From Mobula hypostoma (Eukaryota), in contig NC_086108.1 in the NCBI RefSeq assembly GCF_963921235.1, positions 23,746,001-23,810,000 on the forward strand: a stretch of 64,000 nt of DNA, written 5' to 3'. Position 1 is the first letter of the stretch. Every line of letters starts with the position of its first letter. Positions 25,951-38,308 of the stretch are shown in pieces. Below the pieces are notes generated by a model that saw only the letters and a list, made by a program, of their open reading frames with translations, did not search any database and had not been told where the DNA came from. Both the position numbers and the translations under genes were made by a program.

Positions 25951-27325
25951 CAGGGTTTCTCAATTGGGGTTCCGTGAGAAGTTGCTAGGGGTTTCGCGAG
26001 AGATCTTGATTTTAAAAAATAGTATTTTGAACTTCACACAACATGCTATGCTAGTGCTCACAGCGGCGGGCAGTGACTGAGCAGCCCCATTAGTAATCTC
26101 GTTAGAGGTCCAACAGCCCAGTATAGCGGTGAACAGTAGGACCGCATTTATTCTCAGTTACTGACACAAGATAGTGGAGGCTGTTGATAACTGCTGAGCA
26201 CTGTATTGCATGGAGGGGAGGGCAGTAGGCTGATGGTGAGCTCTGTATTGCACAGAGGGGAGAATGGTACGTAGCTTGGGTCAGATAGATAAGTCCCCTG
26301 GTCCTGATAGAATGTAACCCATGTATTGAAAGAAATGGCAGATAATTTACCAAAACCGTCTGGACTCTGGGGAGGTCCCGATAGAAGGTAGATGTCACGC
26401 CAGTGTTCGAAAAAGGATGTAGGCAGAAGGAAGGTAACTATAAGCTAGTTAGTTTAATGTCTGTAGTTGGGAAAAATTCTTGAAGCTATCAATAAAGAAG
26501 AAATAGCGAGGCATCTGGAAAGAAATGGATCCGTCAGGCAGGTGCAGCATGGATTCAGCAAAGGCAGGTCCTGTTTGACAACAACTGGAGTTCTTTGAGG
26601 ATATAACAAGTGCACAGAGGGGTACAGATGGACGTTATTTACTTGGATTGCCAGAAGGTGTTTGTTAAGGATAAAAGTCTTATCCATAGATAAGGATGCA
26701 CAGAGTTGGAGGTGATGTATTAACTTTGATAGACGATTAGTTAACCAATAGAAAGCAGAGTTGGGATACATGGGTGTTTCTCCGGCTGGTAATCAGTGAT
26801 GAGCCGTGTGCTGCTGGGGTCGGTGCTGGGCCCACAACTGCTCACGATATACATTTATGACCTGGAAGAGGGGACCAAGTGTAAATTATCTAAGTTTGCT
26901 GATGACACTGATTATCAACTGGAAGGTTGATAATTGATGAGTGCTGTATTGTATGGAGAGGAGGCTGGCAGGCTGATGAGGAGCACGAAGTGCGTTTTCC
27001 AAGCAATGAATGGACTTGCCCAACTTGGACTTTGTCGACAGCCTCTCCATCACGAATTACCTCCCCAACTTCCCCTTACACGCCGACAACTGACTTATAG
27101 GAGCGAACAACTACCAGTATAGAAGATTGGTGGGAAATTTTCATTCTAAAGATGGTCCAGTATAGCGATTTTTGAAGCAGTGGTGTGAGATGGAAGAGGA
27201 GTATTCTAAGCTTAGGATTGCGGACAGTTCTGGTAAAATTAATGATGAAGAATTACAACCTTCTGGGTCATTTCACTGCACTGGAGCAACAACGGATTCA
27301 AAAGGCCTGTCTTTTTGTAAAGATA
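25951..27325 (+). mobile_element. Left end of a hAT (Charlie-like) DNA transposon, interrupted by CR1
   Basis: Begins cagggtttctcaattggggttccg after ctttagac. The internal subrepeat (tgagc..tgtattgca.ggaggggag) occurs at about 26183, 26231 and 26926, on both sides of the CR1. Confidence 0.55.
26280..26910 (+). mobile_element. CR1 RT fragment
   Basis: cagcatggattcagcaaaggcaggtcctgtttgac and aagtttgctgatgacac (QHGF.KGRSCL and KFADD). Confidence 0.8.
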
Positions 27326-28514
27326 TGGTACCGGCTGATCACTTTAGTCCCATGCACTGCTTTTGTCTTCAAGACCCAGAAGAGGCTGGTGGACTTCTTC
27401 TGGGGCAACAGGAAACACTGGGTCTCCGCTGTGGTCCTGAGTCTTCCAATCACGGAGGGCAGTCAGTCATTGGTCTGTGTGCGCATTCAGCTGCCAGCTC
27501 TCCACCTCAGGACCCTGCAGAGATACCTGTACAGTGACTAACTTCGGAGAAGGCATGCGCTGGTGTTGCACTTTCTCCGCCAGGGACACTGCCTGCAGGA
27601 GGGGATGTGGCTTCTAGCGGACAGCATCAGCCGCTGCTGCTTTGAGGGAGCTACCTTGCTTTTACCAAGAGCTGGTGAGGGTATAGGGTCTAGTCTCATC
27701 CTGAAAGGATGCTTCTGCGCCGGTGGGGGACAGTGTGCTAGCTGCAAGGCGGACTGGTTCCCATCCTATTATGGTGGGTGCTGACGGGGCTTGGGGAAGT
27801 GGAGAGTTTCTGGCTGCACCACCATCTGATGTGCTGCAAGTGCTCGTTGGATGCAGGCCCCGGGATACTATGCAGGAGAGGGTCCCGGATAGCATGAGCC
27901 ATCTCGCAGGGATGCCCACCGTGTCCTTCCGTGACGCTCCAAAGCATTTCTTGCTTTTGCACACCCTTCACTTCCTTGCCTTCGTTGCCAACCGGACTTG
28001 CCTTGGCAATCTGTTGTACCATCTAGCAGTGGGGAAGGTCCCCACTGGAAATTTCTTCATGCAGAGGTCCTTCCCCAGTACACTGGGGGCCTGGGGCAGA
28101 AGGTATTGCACAGGGCAGTACCATACATCAGGTTTTAAAAGCAGGCTCACTGACACCCTATCCACCTGTCCATTCTGTGGCCAGGAGACAGTGCACTACG
28201 TTTTTATGGAGTGTGAGAGGTTGCAGCCCCTGTTTGAGTATCTGAAGGGACTGCTGCTCAGGTTGTTTGCAGTTCAGCCCCGCACTCCTTATATACGGGC
28301 ACCCAGTACGAAAGGGTGCGGGTCGCGAGGAGGATTTACTGGTGGGTTTGCTTCTCTGCCTGGCCAAGATGGTCTAGCTGATCGAAAGTCAAGGTCAACC
28401 CCCGCCCCCCGCCTTTCCAAGGATACGTTTGTGCCCAGCTGTCCTTGGAGAGGGAGCATGCGGTCTCGATGGGTAGAGTGGGGGGTTTCCGGGAGTGGTG
28501 GGGCTTCCAGGGAA
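27326..28514 (+). mobile_element. Tx1/L1-clade LINE ORF2 C-terminal fragment
   Basis: WYRLITL...QKRLVDFFWGNRKHWVSAVVLSLP..EG.QSLV and the C-terminal zinc knuckle CPFCGQETVHYVFMECERLQPLF. Confidence 0.8.
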
Positions 28515-28690
28515 TGACTTTTGTAGATTGAAAATGGACACCAGTGGTTGATGATCTGTAATGAGCAAAAACCTTGTCCCACACCTCTCTGTCAATCTGT
28601 GTGTAATTTTTCCTGCAGCAGTAAGGGAATATGATGCAAAGTCAATAGGTCATTCATTTCCATCACCTATAAGAGGTTTGCACCTATACC

Positions 28691-29580
28691 TGTTGTGCCG
28701 AAAGTTAAGGGCTGTTCGCAGTTCCGATAGAAATAAACCTTTCACAAGCATTGCTGCACACAACACACGTTATTGCTAAGGTACAACAAGTGGTACTGAG
28801 CTCACAAGCACACCTGAGCCTGTTTAACTGCATCACCCGGTTCCATTTGGTCCACAGTGTCAGTCGCATTCTAACTTGTGGTGAGCCCAAATCCAAGAGA
28901 CCTCACCAACTTTTTATACCCCATTCTCATTCTTTTATACCCTGGTCACTTCTCTCCACCCTTACGTGGGTCGATCCTTTGTCCAGGTTGACCCATCATG
29001 TGACTGTTGGGTACCAGCCTACAAAGCACCCAGGACATCTTCAGGGAGCGGAGTCTCAGAAAGGCAGCATCCATTATTAAGGACCTCCAGCACCCAAGGC
29101 ATGCCCTTTTCTCACTGTTACCATCAGGAAGGAGATACAGAAGCCTGAAAGCACACACTCAGCAATTCAGGAACAGCTTCGTCCCCTCTGCCATCTGATT
29201 CCAAAATGGACATTGAAGTTTTCGACACTACCTCACTTTTTTTTTAATATACAGTATTTCTGTTTTTTGCACATTAAAAAAAAATCTATTCAATATACAT
29301 AATTCATTTACTTGTTTTTTATTATTTTTTTTTCTTCTTCTCTGCTAGATTATGTATTGCATTGAACTGCTGCTGCTAAGTTAACAAATTTCACATCACA
29401 TGCCGGTGATACTAAACCTGATTCTGATTCTGACTATTGCCTTGGGCACTACAGGCTCAGGTCTGTAGAGACAACACCTTGGTCACCTAGCACCCAGGCC
29501 ACCCTTCCCCCGCACATCACACATCTGATCCCAGCAATTATTCCGTGCACTCTGGATGACATTTTCGGATTCTTACAACA
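28691..29580 (-). mobile_element. Solo LTR inserted in Gypsy RNase H, itself containing a Rex1 3' end
   Basis: Ends TGTTGT...ACAACA with flanks atacc / atacg. TATAAAA reads on the minus strand near 28912-28918. Confidence 0.65.
29010..29430 (+). mobile_element. Rex1/Babar 3' end
   Basis: RKAASIIKDLQHPRHALFSLLPSGRRYRSL, a (ctgatt)n tail, and a near-TSD tgactgttg / tgactattg. Confidence 0.85.
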
Positions 29581-31430
29581 ATACGAGGCATCACAGGCAA
29601 ACTTCACTGGATGATGTGGATCATAACGTGTGAGTACAGTGTCTGATGTCACCATTCCCTTTACCTTTTGGAAAGCCATTTCTTCCTGATCTGTAGTAAT
29701 GAGTTCAAGGGTGGAGCACAGTAGCCAGGTTCAGCAGGAACTTGTTACAGTAATTCACATTCCTAAAAAGGACCGGACCTGTGACAATCCTTTGGCCTTG
29801 GGGCATCCACCACTGCTTGAATTTTCTCAGCAAATCTTCGTAATCCTTGTGGATCAGTGATGTGACCGCATTTATGTGATGCTTGGTTTAAAAAATTCAC
29901 ACTTGTTGCGTTGTGCTCTAAGCGCTGTGCTTTCATCTTTTTAACACTATTTGGAGATCTTCACTAGTAACAATGACATCATCCAGGTAACACTGAATGC
30001 CTGGCCAGCCTTACTTCACCTGGTCCATAGCTTTCTGTCAGAAAGCAGGTGCAGATGCTACTCCAAAAATAAGCCCATTAGAGTGATAAAGCCCTTTGTT
30101 GGTGTTTATGGTGAAAAACAACTCTTCATCTATCTCTATCTGAAGGTAGGCTGCAAATAAGTCCACTTTGCTGAAGTCTTTTCCTCCAGAATCGTTTGCA
30201 AATATATGCTATATCTAGGGCAGGAGGCATTGATCCACTTTCAGTACTGTGTTGATGGTGACCTTAAAATCATAGATCCTGACACACCCATTCTTCTTTT
30301 CTACTGAGACCACTGGCATTGCTTATGGTACAATAATAGTTGCTTATTATCCACTCAACCTTGGAAAGAATTCCTTCAGCCTCTATGAGATCTAGCTTAC
30401 TGGCTACTTTATCGCAGATGGTATGAAGAACTGGGTGAGCTTTGTAAAACTTGGGTGTGAAATTTTCATGTAACACTACTTTATCCTTGATATGTTTGAG
30501 TTTCCCAATGTTATTCTTGAACACTGCTGTGGCATCATCCAGTACCTTTCCTAATTTGCTTTCAGTTATCTCTATTGCAAGGGATGTGGCATACAAATGG
30601 AGGAGGAATCTCCAGTCAAGTTGAGGTGTTTCATCCAATCATGGACCCATAATGCTATTTTTGCCACATACAAGCCCAATGTGGGTTGTTGGTTATTGTA
30701 TTTCACTGTTAAAAATGTCATTCCCACAAGAGTTATCTTTTCTCCAGTATAAGTTATTAGTTGGCTATCTGTAGGCTTCAGTTCATTATCTTTGAAATGC
30801 CATTCGTTCTGATTTTGTGGAATGATTAAAACAGCCAAGCCAGTGTCCAATTCAATTTTAATTAAATTGCTTTTCAATTCTGGTGTGAGCCATATTGCTT
30901 GTCTCTTTCTTATTAGTTTTCACCTTGTAAATCTTAAAATTTCTCAGCCGTGTCACTCTCATCACTATCAGATTTTTCATCAACAGCAAGTAGATTAGTG
31001 TTCTTTTAGAAACTGCAACTTGACTTTTTATCTTTATCTCTTCCCTGTGCAGTCCATTTATTTCTGTCTGTCTGACATGCTCTTTGTACTGTATGTGTTC
31101 TACTTTGTTGCATTTTCTGCGAGTTTCGACTTTAAACCTGGCATTGGTCCGGTGTATATGAGCCCCCGCCACACCTGTAACACGATTTGTTTGGCCAGGC
31201 AGGTTTCTGTTTAGATGTTGTAATTTCATGCTCACCGTCATTTCTGACTGCAACTCCATGTGTCCCTGGGCGCTGTTTCCATTGATACAGCAATTTCAAC
31301 TGCTCTTTCAAATGTCAGTTGTACTTTAGTTAGGGGCCATTTTTGAATGTTTTCTTGTAAGATTCCACAAACTAAGTGATTGCTCAGTGCATCATTAAGC
31401 CCATCAGTGAACTCGGACAGTTTCTTCAAT

Positions 31431-34400
31431 GGATAATAGGAGGGATAGCAATGTAGGTCCATGATTAGCTGAGATATCTATAACTTGACTGGAGATCCAT
31501 CCACTATTTGCATGCCTCATTCCTGCAATAGAGTTAACTGAAAACAAATTAAGGAGTCTGAATTGGACAATCCACACCAGTTGTGCATAAAAAGAGCTAC
31601 TTCTCAATCAGGGTGGTGATCGAGATTTCAAAGGCAGAATTTTGCAGCAGTTTCTCAGAGCAAAGGAGAAACCAGTGAGGAAGAAGCATTACATAGAAAG
31701 AGCTACCTTCCAGTCAGGTCCATGTTCAAGATTTAAAAATCAGAGCTTCAGGCCAGTTATCTCTGAGTTGGACAATCTACACCAGGGTTGCGTGAAAAGA
31801 GCTACTCTTTAATCAGGGTGGCGATTGAAATTTCAAAGACAGAGTTTTGCAGCAGTTTCTCTGAGTTTAGGAGCAACTGATCAGCAAGAGGCATTCATTA
31901 GAAAGGAGGAGTACAGTTAATGCAAGTGCAACCATTCTTGTGCAGTATGCCAGTCTTTAGAGTGGCTTTGGCTCATCAGGCTTGGGTGAGGTAGATTGTC
32001 TTATAAGTTACTCTCTCTGTGTTCTTATTTGTTCATCCATCAACTATCAGTGCATAGTATAGTGACAATGGCTCCAGGGGCAGTGTTTTGAACTGTGTGT
32101 GGGATGTGGCAAGTCTGGGATATCTCCAGTCTCCCAGATGAACATATCTGCACCAGGTGTACTGAGTTACATGTTTCCAGAGAACATATTAAGTAACTGG
32201 AGCTGCAGATCAATGACCTTCAACTCATATGGGAAGATGAGGAGGTGATAGACAGGAGTTACAGGAAGAGAGTTACCCCTAGGTTACAGGAGACGGGTAA
32301 CTAGGTGACTGTCAGGAGAAGCAGGGGAACATATACAGCAAGTGCAGAATACACCTGTGGCCATTCGCTTAATAATAAGTATATAAGTTTAGATACTATT
32401 GAGTGGGTGATCTCCCAAGGGAGAAGCCACAGAAAATAGGTCTCTGGCACTGAGTCTGGTGCTGTGGCTCAGAAGAGCAGAGAGGTGGAGGACTGCAGTG
32501 TTGATAGGAGATTCTTTAGTCAGAGGGACAGATGTAGAGACATGCGGATGGTATGTTGCCTCCCTGGTGCCAGGATCAGGAATAACTCGGATCGTGTCCT
32601 TAGTATTCTCAAAGGTGAGGGTGAGCAGCCAGAAATCTTGGTAAATATTGGCATCAATGACATTGGTAGACAAGGAGAGGAGGTCCTGGAGAGAGATTTT
32701 AGGGAGCTATGTAGAAATCTGAAAACAGGACCTCCAGGGTAGTAACCTCTGGATTGCTGCCTATGCCACGTGCCAATGAGGGGCAGGGGTCTAGATTTAT
32801 GGATCATTGGGATCTCTTCGGGGGAAGGTTCACCCTATACAAAAGGGATGGGTTACACCTGAACCCAAGGTGGTCCAATATCCTTATGGGCAGTTGTTCA
32901 GATCGGTTTAAACTAATTTGTCAGGGGGATGGGAACTAGAGCAATAGTGCTGAATGTGAGATAGTTGGGGTGCAAACACAGGCAATGTATAGTGAGACTC
33001 CTAACAAGGAGAGGCTAATGATAGGGAAAAACTGCAGTCAATAGGATGAGTTGCAACATAAAAGGCAGTCAAAATCGAGAAGGGTGAACACAAGACTAAA
33101 TGCGCGCAGTATACGGAATAAGGTCAACAAACTTGTAGCACAATTACAGATTGGCAAGTATGATGTTGTAGACATCACTGAATCATGGCTGAAAGAAGAT
33201 TATTGTTGGGAGCTTGACGTCCAAGGATACACATTGTATCAAAAGGATAGGCAGGAAGGCAGAGGGGGGTGATGTGGCTCTGTTGGTAAAAAATGAAATT
33301 AAATCATTTGAAAGAAGTGACCAAGGATCAGAAGGTGTTGAATCATTGTAGATAGAGCCAAGGAACTGCAAGGGTAAAAAGACCCTGATGGGAATTGTAT
33401 ACAGAGCCACAAACAGTAGTAAGGATGTGATCTACAAGTTACAATGGAAGATAGAAAATGCAAGCCAAAAGGGCAAAGTTACAATAGTAATGGGGGACAC
33501 TGTGCAGGTTGACTCTATGGTTGAGAAGGCAAACAGTGCATTGGCCTTCATCAACTGTGGGATTGAGTTTAAGAGCCGAGAGGTAATGTTGCAGCTATAT
33601 AGGACTCTGGTCAGACCCCACTTGGAGTACTGTGCTCAGTTCTGGTCACCTCACTACAGGAAGGATGTGGAAAAGACAGAAAGGGTGCAGGGGAAATTTA
33701 CAAGAATGTTGCCTGGATTAGGGAGCATGCCTTATGTGAGTAGGTTGAGTGAACTTGGCCTTTTCTCCTTGGAGTGACGGAGGATGAGAGGCAACCTGAT
33801 AGAGGTGTATAAGATGATGAGAGGGATTGATCATGTGGATAGGCAAAGGTTTTTCCCCAGGGCTGAAATGGCTAACACGAGAGGGCACAGCTTTAATGGC
33901 TTGGAAAAAAAGTACAGAGGAGATGTCGGGGGTAAGCTTTTTTACGCAGAGAGTGGTGAATGTGTGGAATAGGCTGCCGACAATGGTGATGGAGGCAGAT
34001 ATGATAGGGTCTTTTAAGATACTCCTGGATAGGTACATGGAGCTTAAAAAAACTGGAGGGCTGTGGGTAACCCTAGATAATTTCTAAAGTAAGTACATGT
34101 TCATCACAGCATTGTGGGCTGAAGGGCATGTATTGTGTTGTAGGTTTTCTATGTTTCTATGTTTCAATATACAGGTAGATTGGGAAAATCAGGTTGTTGC
34201 AGGATTCCAAGAGGGGTAATTTCTAGAAACCGTATGAGATGTCTTTTTAGAGCAGCTCAAGATTGAGCCCACTGGAGGATCAGCTTTTCTGGATTGGGTG
34301 TTGTGCAGTTAACCAGAATTGATTAGAGAACTTAAGGTAAAAAAAAAATCCATGGGCAAAGTGATCATAATATGATAGACTTCATCCTGAAATTGAGAAG

Positions 34401-36570
34401 GAGGAGCTAAAGTCAGATGTATCAGTATCACAGTGGAGTAAAGGAAATTACAGAGGTATGAGAGAGGAGTTGGCTGGAATTGATTGGAAAAGAGCACTGG
34501 CATGGATGACGACAGAGCAGCAACAGCTGGAAGCAATTTGGAAGGCACAGAATATATACCTCCCAAAGAGGAATAAGCATTCCAGAGGCAAGATGACACA
34601 GCCATGGATAACAGGGGAAGTCAAAGCCAACATAAAAGCCAAAGAGAAGGCATATAATAGAACAAAAAATAGTGGGAAGTTAGAGTATTGGGAAGCTTTT
34701 AAATACCAACAGAAGGCAACTAAAAGACGTTATTAAGAAGGTAAAGATGGAATGTGAAAATAAGTTTGCCTTATTGAAGAGGACACCAAAAGTTTATTTA
34801 GATACATAAAGTGTGAAAAAGAGGTGAGAGTGGATATTAGACCACGGGAAAAGCAGGCTGCAGAGGTAGTAATGGGCAAACCGAATGAGTATTCTGCATC
34901 AGTCTTCACTGTGAAAGACACTAGCAGTATGGTTGAAGTTCTAGGTGTCAGGGGTCATGAAGTGTGTGAAGTTACCATTACTAGGGAGAAGGTTCTTGGG
35001 AAACTGAAAGGTCTGAAGGTAGATAAGTCATGTGAACAGACGGTGTACACAGGGTGCCAAAAGAAGTGGCTGAAAAGATTGTGTAGGCGTTAGTAATGAT
35101 CTTTCAAGAATCACTAAATTCTGGAATGGTTCTGGAAGACTGAAAAATTGCAAATATCACTCCACTCTTCAAGAAGGGAGTGAGGCAGAAGAAAGGAAAT
35201 TATAGGCAGTTAGTTTGACCCCAGTGGTTGGGAAGACGTTGGAGTCGATTACTAAAGATGGGGTCTCAGGGTACTTGAAGGAACATGATAAAATAGATCA
35301 TAGTTAGCATAGTTTACTCAAGGGAAAATCTTACTTTACAAATCTGTTGGAATTCTATGAAGAAATAACAAGCAGAATAGACAAAGGAGAATTAGTTGAT
35401 GTATCATTGGATTTTCAGAAGATATTTGACAAGATGCCACACATGAGGCTGCTTAACAAGCTACGAGCCCATGATAGTACAGGAAAGATTGTAGAATGAA
35501 CAAAAAAGTAGCTGATTGGCAGGAGGCAAAGTGTGGGAATGAAGGAAGCCTTTTCTGGTTGGATGCTGGTAACTAGTTGTCTTCCACGGGAGTCTGTGTG
35601 GGGACAGATTCTTATTACGTTATATGTCAATGATTTGGATGATGGAATTAATGGCTTTTGCGAAGTTTGCAGATGATATGAAGATAGGTAGAGGAGCAGG
35701 TAGTTTTGAGAAAATAGAGAGGCTACAGAAGGAGTTAGACAGATTAGAAGATTGGGCAAAGACATGGCAGATGGAATACAGTATCGGGAAGTGTATGGTC
35801 ATGCACTTTGGTAGAAGGTAAAGGGTTGACTATTTTCTAAATGGAGAGAAAATACAAAAAACTGAGGTGCAGGACACCCTAAAAGATAATTTGCAGGTTG
35901 ATTCTGTGGTGAGGGAGGCAAATACAATGTTATTATTCACTTCAAGAGAAGAGGAATATACACGTTTGTAAAAGCAAGGATGTAATGTTAAGACTTGGTA
36001 AAGCACTGGTGAGACCTTATTTGGAGTATTGTGAGCCACTTGGGCTGCTTATCTCAGAAAAGATGCACTGAAACTTGAGAGGGTTCATCAGAAGTTCACA
36101 AAAATGATTCCAGGATTAAATGGTTTGTCATTCGATGGTTTTGTGCCTGTATTCACTGAAATTCAGAAGAATGAGGGTGACCTAATTGAAACCTATTGAA
36201 TGGTGAAAGGCCTTGATAGAGGGGATGTGGAGAAGATGCTTCCTATTGTGGGAGAGTCTAAGACCAGTGGACACAGCCTCAGAATAAAGGTGCACCCTTT
36301 TTTAGAACCGAGATGAGGAGGAATTTCTTTAGCCAAGGAACAGTGAACCTGTGGTATTCATTGCCACAGGTAGTTGTGGAGACCATCTTTATGTATAATT
36401 AAGGCAGAGGTTGATAGATTCTTGATTGATCTAGGCAGGAAGGGATATGGGGGAAAGACAGGAGATTGAGGCTGAGAGGAAAATTGGATCAGCCATGATG
36501 AAATGGTGGAACAGAGTCAATGGGCCAAATGGCTTAATTCTGCTCTTGGAGCGTATGGTCCTATAGCTTA
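31431..36570 (+). mobile_element. Near full-length CR1 LINE (tandem 5' repeats, esterase ORF1, endonuclease-RT ORF2), decayed
   Basis: ORF1 AVLIGDSLVRG, CCLPGARI and VNIGINDIG (SGNH esterase blocks); ORF2 LNARSIRNK..DVVDITESWL through KFADD; 3' end near 36560. Confidence 0.9.
33499..34162 (+). mobile_element. CR1 3' fragment nested in the endonuclease domain of the host CR1
   Basis: Splits host MGD|FNIQVDW; carries [20 protein letters not shown] and a (tttctatg)n tail. Confidence 0.88.
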
Positions 36571-37027
36571 AAGTTTTCTGCAATAAACAATGGTCTTGGT
36601 TCTAAATGTTTCTGCATTATGTGCACAATATCAGCATAGCTCATTTTGGCAGGTTTGGTCGGAGCAGTTAAAGTTCTAAACTAACAGAGTGCTTTTCCAT
36701 CCACTGTACTCAGCAACACTGGGATTTCTTTTTCATCAGCTATTTCACTTGCTTCAAAATACTACTGAATTTGTTCAGTATACATCATCCCATTTTCTGT
36801 TGTTCAATTGAACATCTCTATCTTTCTGACATAGCCAACTATTTTTATTTATTATTGCCCAGTACTCACAGTTATAAATCCATGGCCGTACTTGTTGCTT
36901 GTTAGTTTCATTTTTTTTGTGCTATTTCTTTTAACTTGAATGTCTCTCTCCCTCCCAAAGAAAAATGTGCTGTGCTTCCACAGGTAGGTAGCCATCTCAG
37001 GTTTGTTTAAAACGTCATCCTCACGAC

Positions 37028-37268
37028 TGTTAGGTTTTGTGTCTCCTGAAACTAACTGAATGAAAAATACAGGAGTCGGATTTGCCCACTTAGCTTTTTT
37101 CCCTTTTTTTCAGTAAGACACTCACATATGATGTGGTGGTGTAATGATGTTTGCTATTCACAAACTTCTTATATATAACCGATAATGAATTAAGTAAACA
37201 AAGAATGTTTAATCAAACAATAATTTACAATATTACTCAAATATTACTGAAATATTTTGTACACTACA
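37028..37268 (-). repeat. 5' LTR of the Gypsy element
   Basis: TGT...ACA ends (tgttagg...acactaca), adjacent to a degenerate primer-binding site (rc gtcgtgagga) and the gag leader. Confidence 0.6.
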
Positions 37269-38149
37269 AGGTGTTCTTCAATACAAACTGCCTGGACTAA
37301 CTTTATCTGCTCTCTTGACTGTATTAATTCTTAGCTAAATATCTCAAAATACATATGGGAACGAGATTGCTTCTGCATGTGAAATCAGCCTGAGTGCAAT
37401 AATGGGCAATTTTTAGGATTGATTTCAGTCTGTCAATGGTCAGAGTCTTCATAGTGTTATCAAAAGCCTGAATGTACAGGTTTTGGCCATTCTGAAAGGT
37501 GTTGAGCGAACAAAGGGAGCTGAACTGGAAATGTATTTTATGCAGCATGAGCACAACTCAATTTCTTGTCTCTAAGTTAGCAAGAAAAAAAATCTTCGGT
37601 GTTGCTCGGTTGTAGTAGCATTTGTTTACAATGTAGAGGTCTTCAAACAATCACTTGGCCTTTCACTGGTACGTACAAAAAGCCCAGTACCTGTATAAGG
37701 CAGGTAACAGATGTTGGATTATTACCTGTGCCTTTATCATGTTGGATATAGCTGAGATATGATTAGAGCAGTGTTATAAACTACATTGTGAATTCTTTTT
37801 CTACACAAGAAACGACCCTTTTTTAAGTTATTAAAGCTTCCAGCCTTTCATTTATAATGTAGCAAAACAAAACTGTGAATTGGAACGTTAAAACAGCTGA
37901 TTATCTCCAGAAATCAAGTAATATTTTGCCGATAATCTGTAAAGTGTGGTGAAAGGATATGAAATTCTAAACTCTAGGAATCTGGTCACGTCACATCAAT
38001 AGTGCCCAAGTGGATTAGTTTAATGATGAGGATGAGTCAGTAATTAACTGCACCACTTCTGCGGTTTTTGCTTCATCAACATGCTTACTGTTGTGGGGGT
38101 AGCAATGCCATCCTGTAACAACCCAGAGCTACAGAAACATCAGTAGAAG

Positions 38150-38308
38150 CTTTGAAGACCTCACCCCTGGGAGATCAAAAATCTTCACCTAGAAGATGTA
38201 AGACAGGCTATACCTGGGGACAATTTGAAAGACTGGCCCAGTACAGAGGACTCTGGTGAGCTGCTTTCGGCAGCCTATACCCCTGTCGGACTGATGGGGT
38301 TAAGAAGA
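38150..38308 (+). mobile_element. RTE-clade LINE 3' end fragment
   Basis: One frame reads GYTWGQFERLAQYRGLW*AAFGSLYP followed by (aag)n, resembling the RTE C-terminal LAQDR..W motif. Confidence 0.5.

Larger units (their letters stand above)
25260..37268 (-). mobile_element. Gypsy LTR retrotransposon, decayed and fragmented by nested insertions
   Basis: Minus-strand order: LTR 37268-37028; gag N-terminus 36845-36571 (YFEASEIADEK..LTAPTKPAKMSYADIV..HLEPRPLFIAE); gag resumes at 31430 (LKKLSE..GLNDAL..LVCGILQENIQK); protease about 30877-30572 (IELDTG); RT about 30600-29700; RNase H 29680-29581 (FACDAS) and 28690-28515 (ITDHQPLVSIF); integrase C-terminus 25945-25310. Confidence 0.88.

Noticed and set aside
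27723..28517. 264-aa ORF as a host gene
   Set aside because: It is a frameshifted Tx1 ORF2 remnant; only parts are in the true frame.
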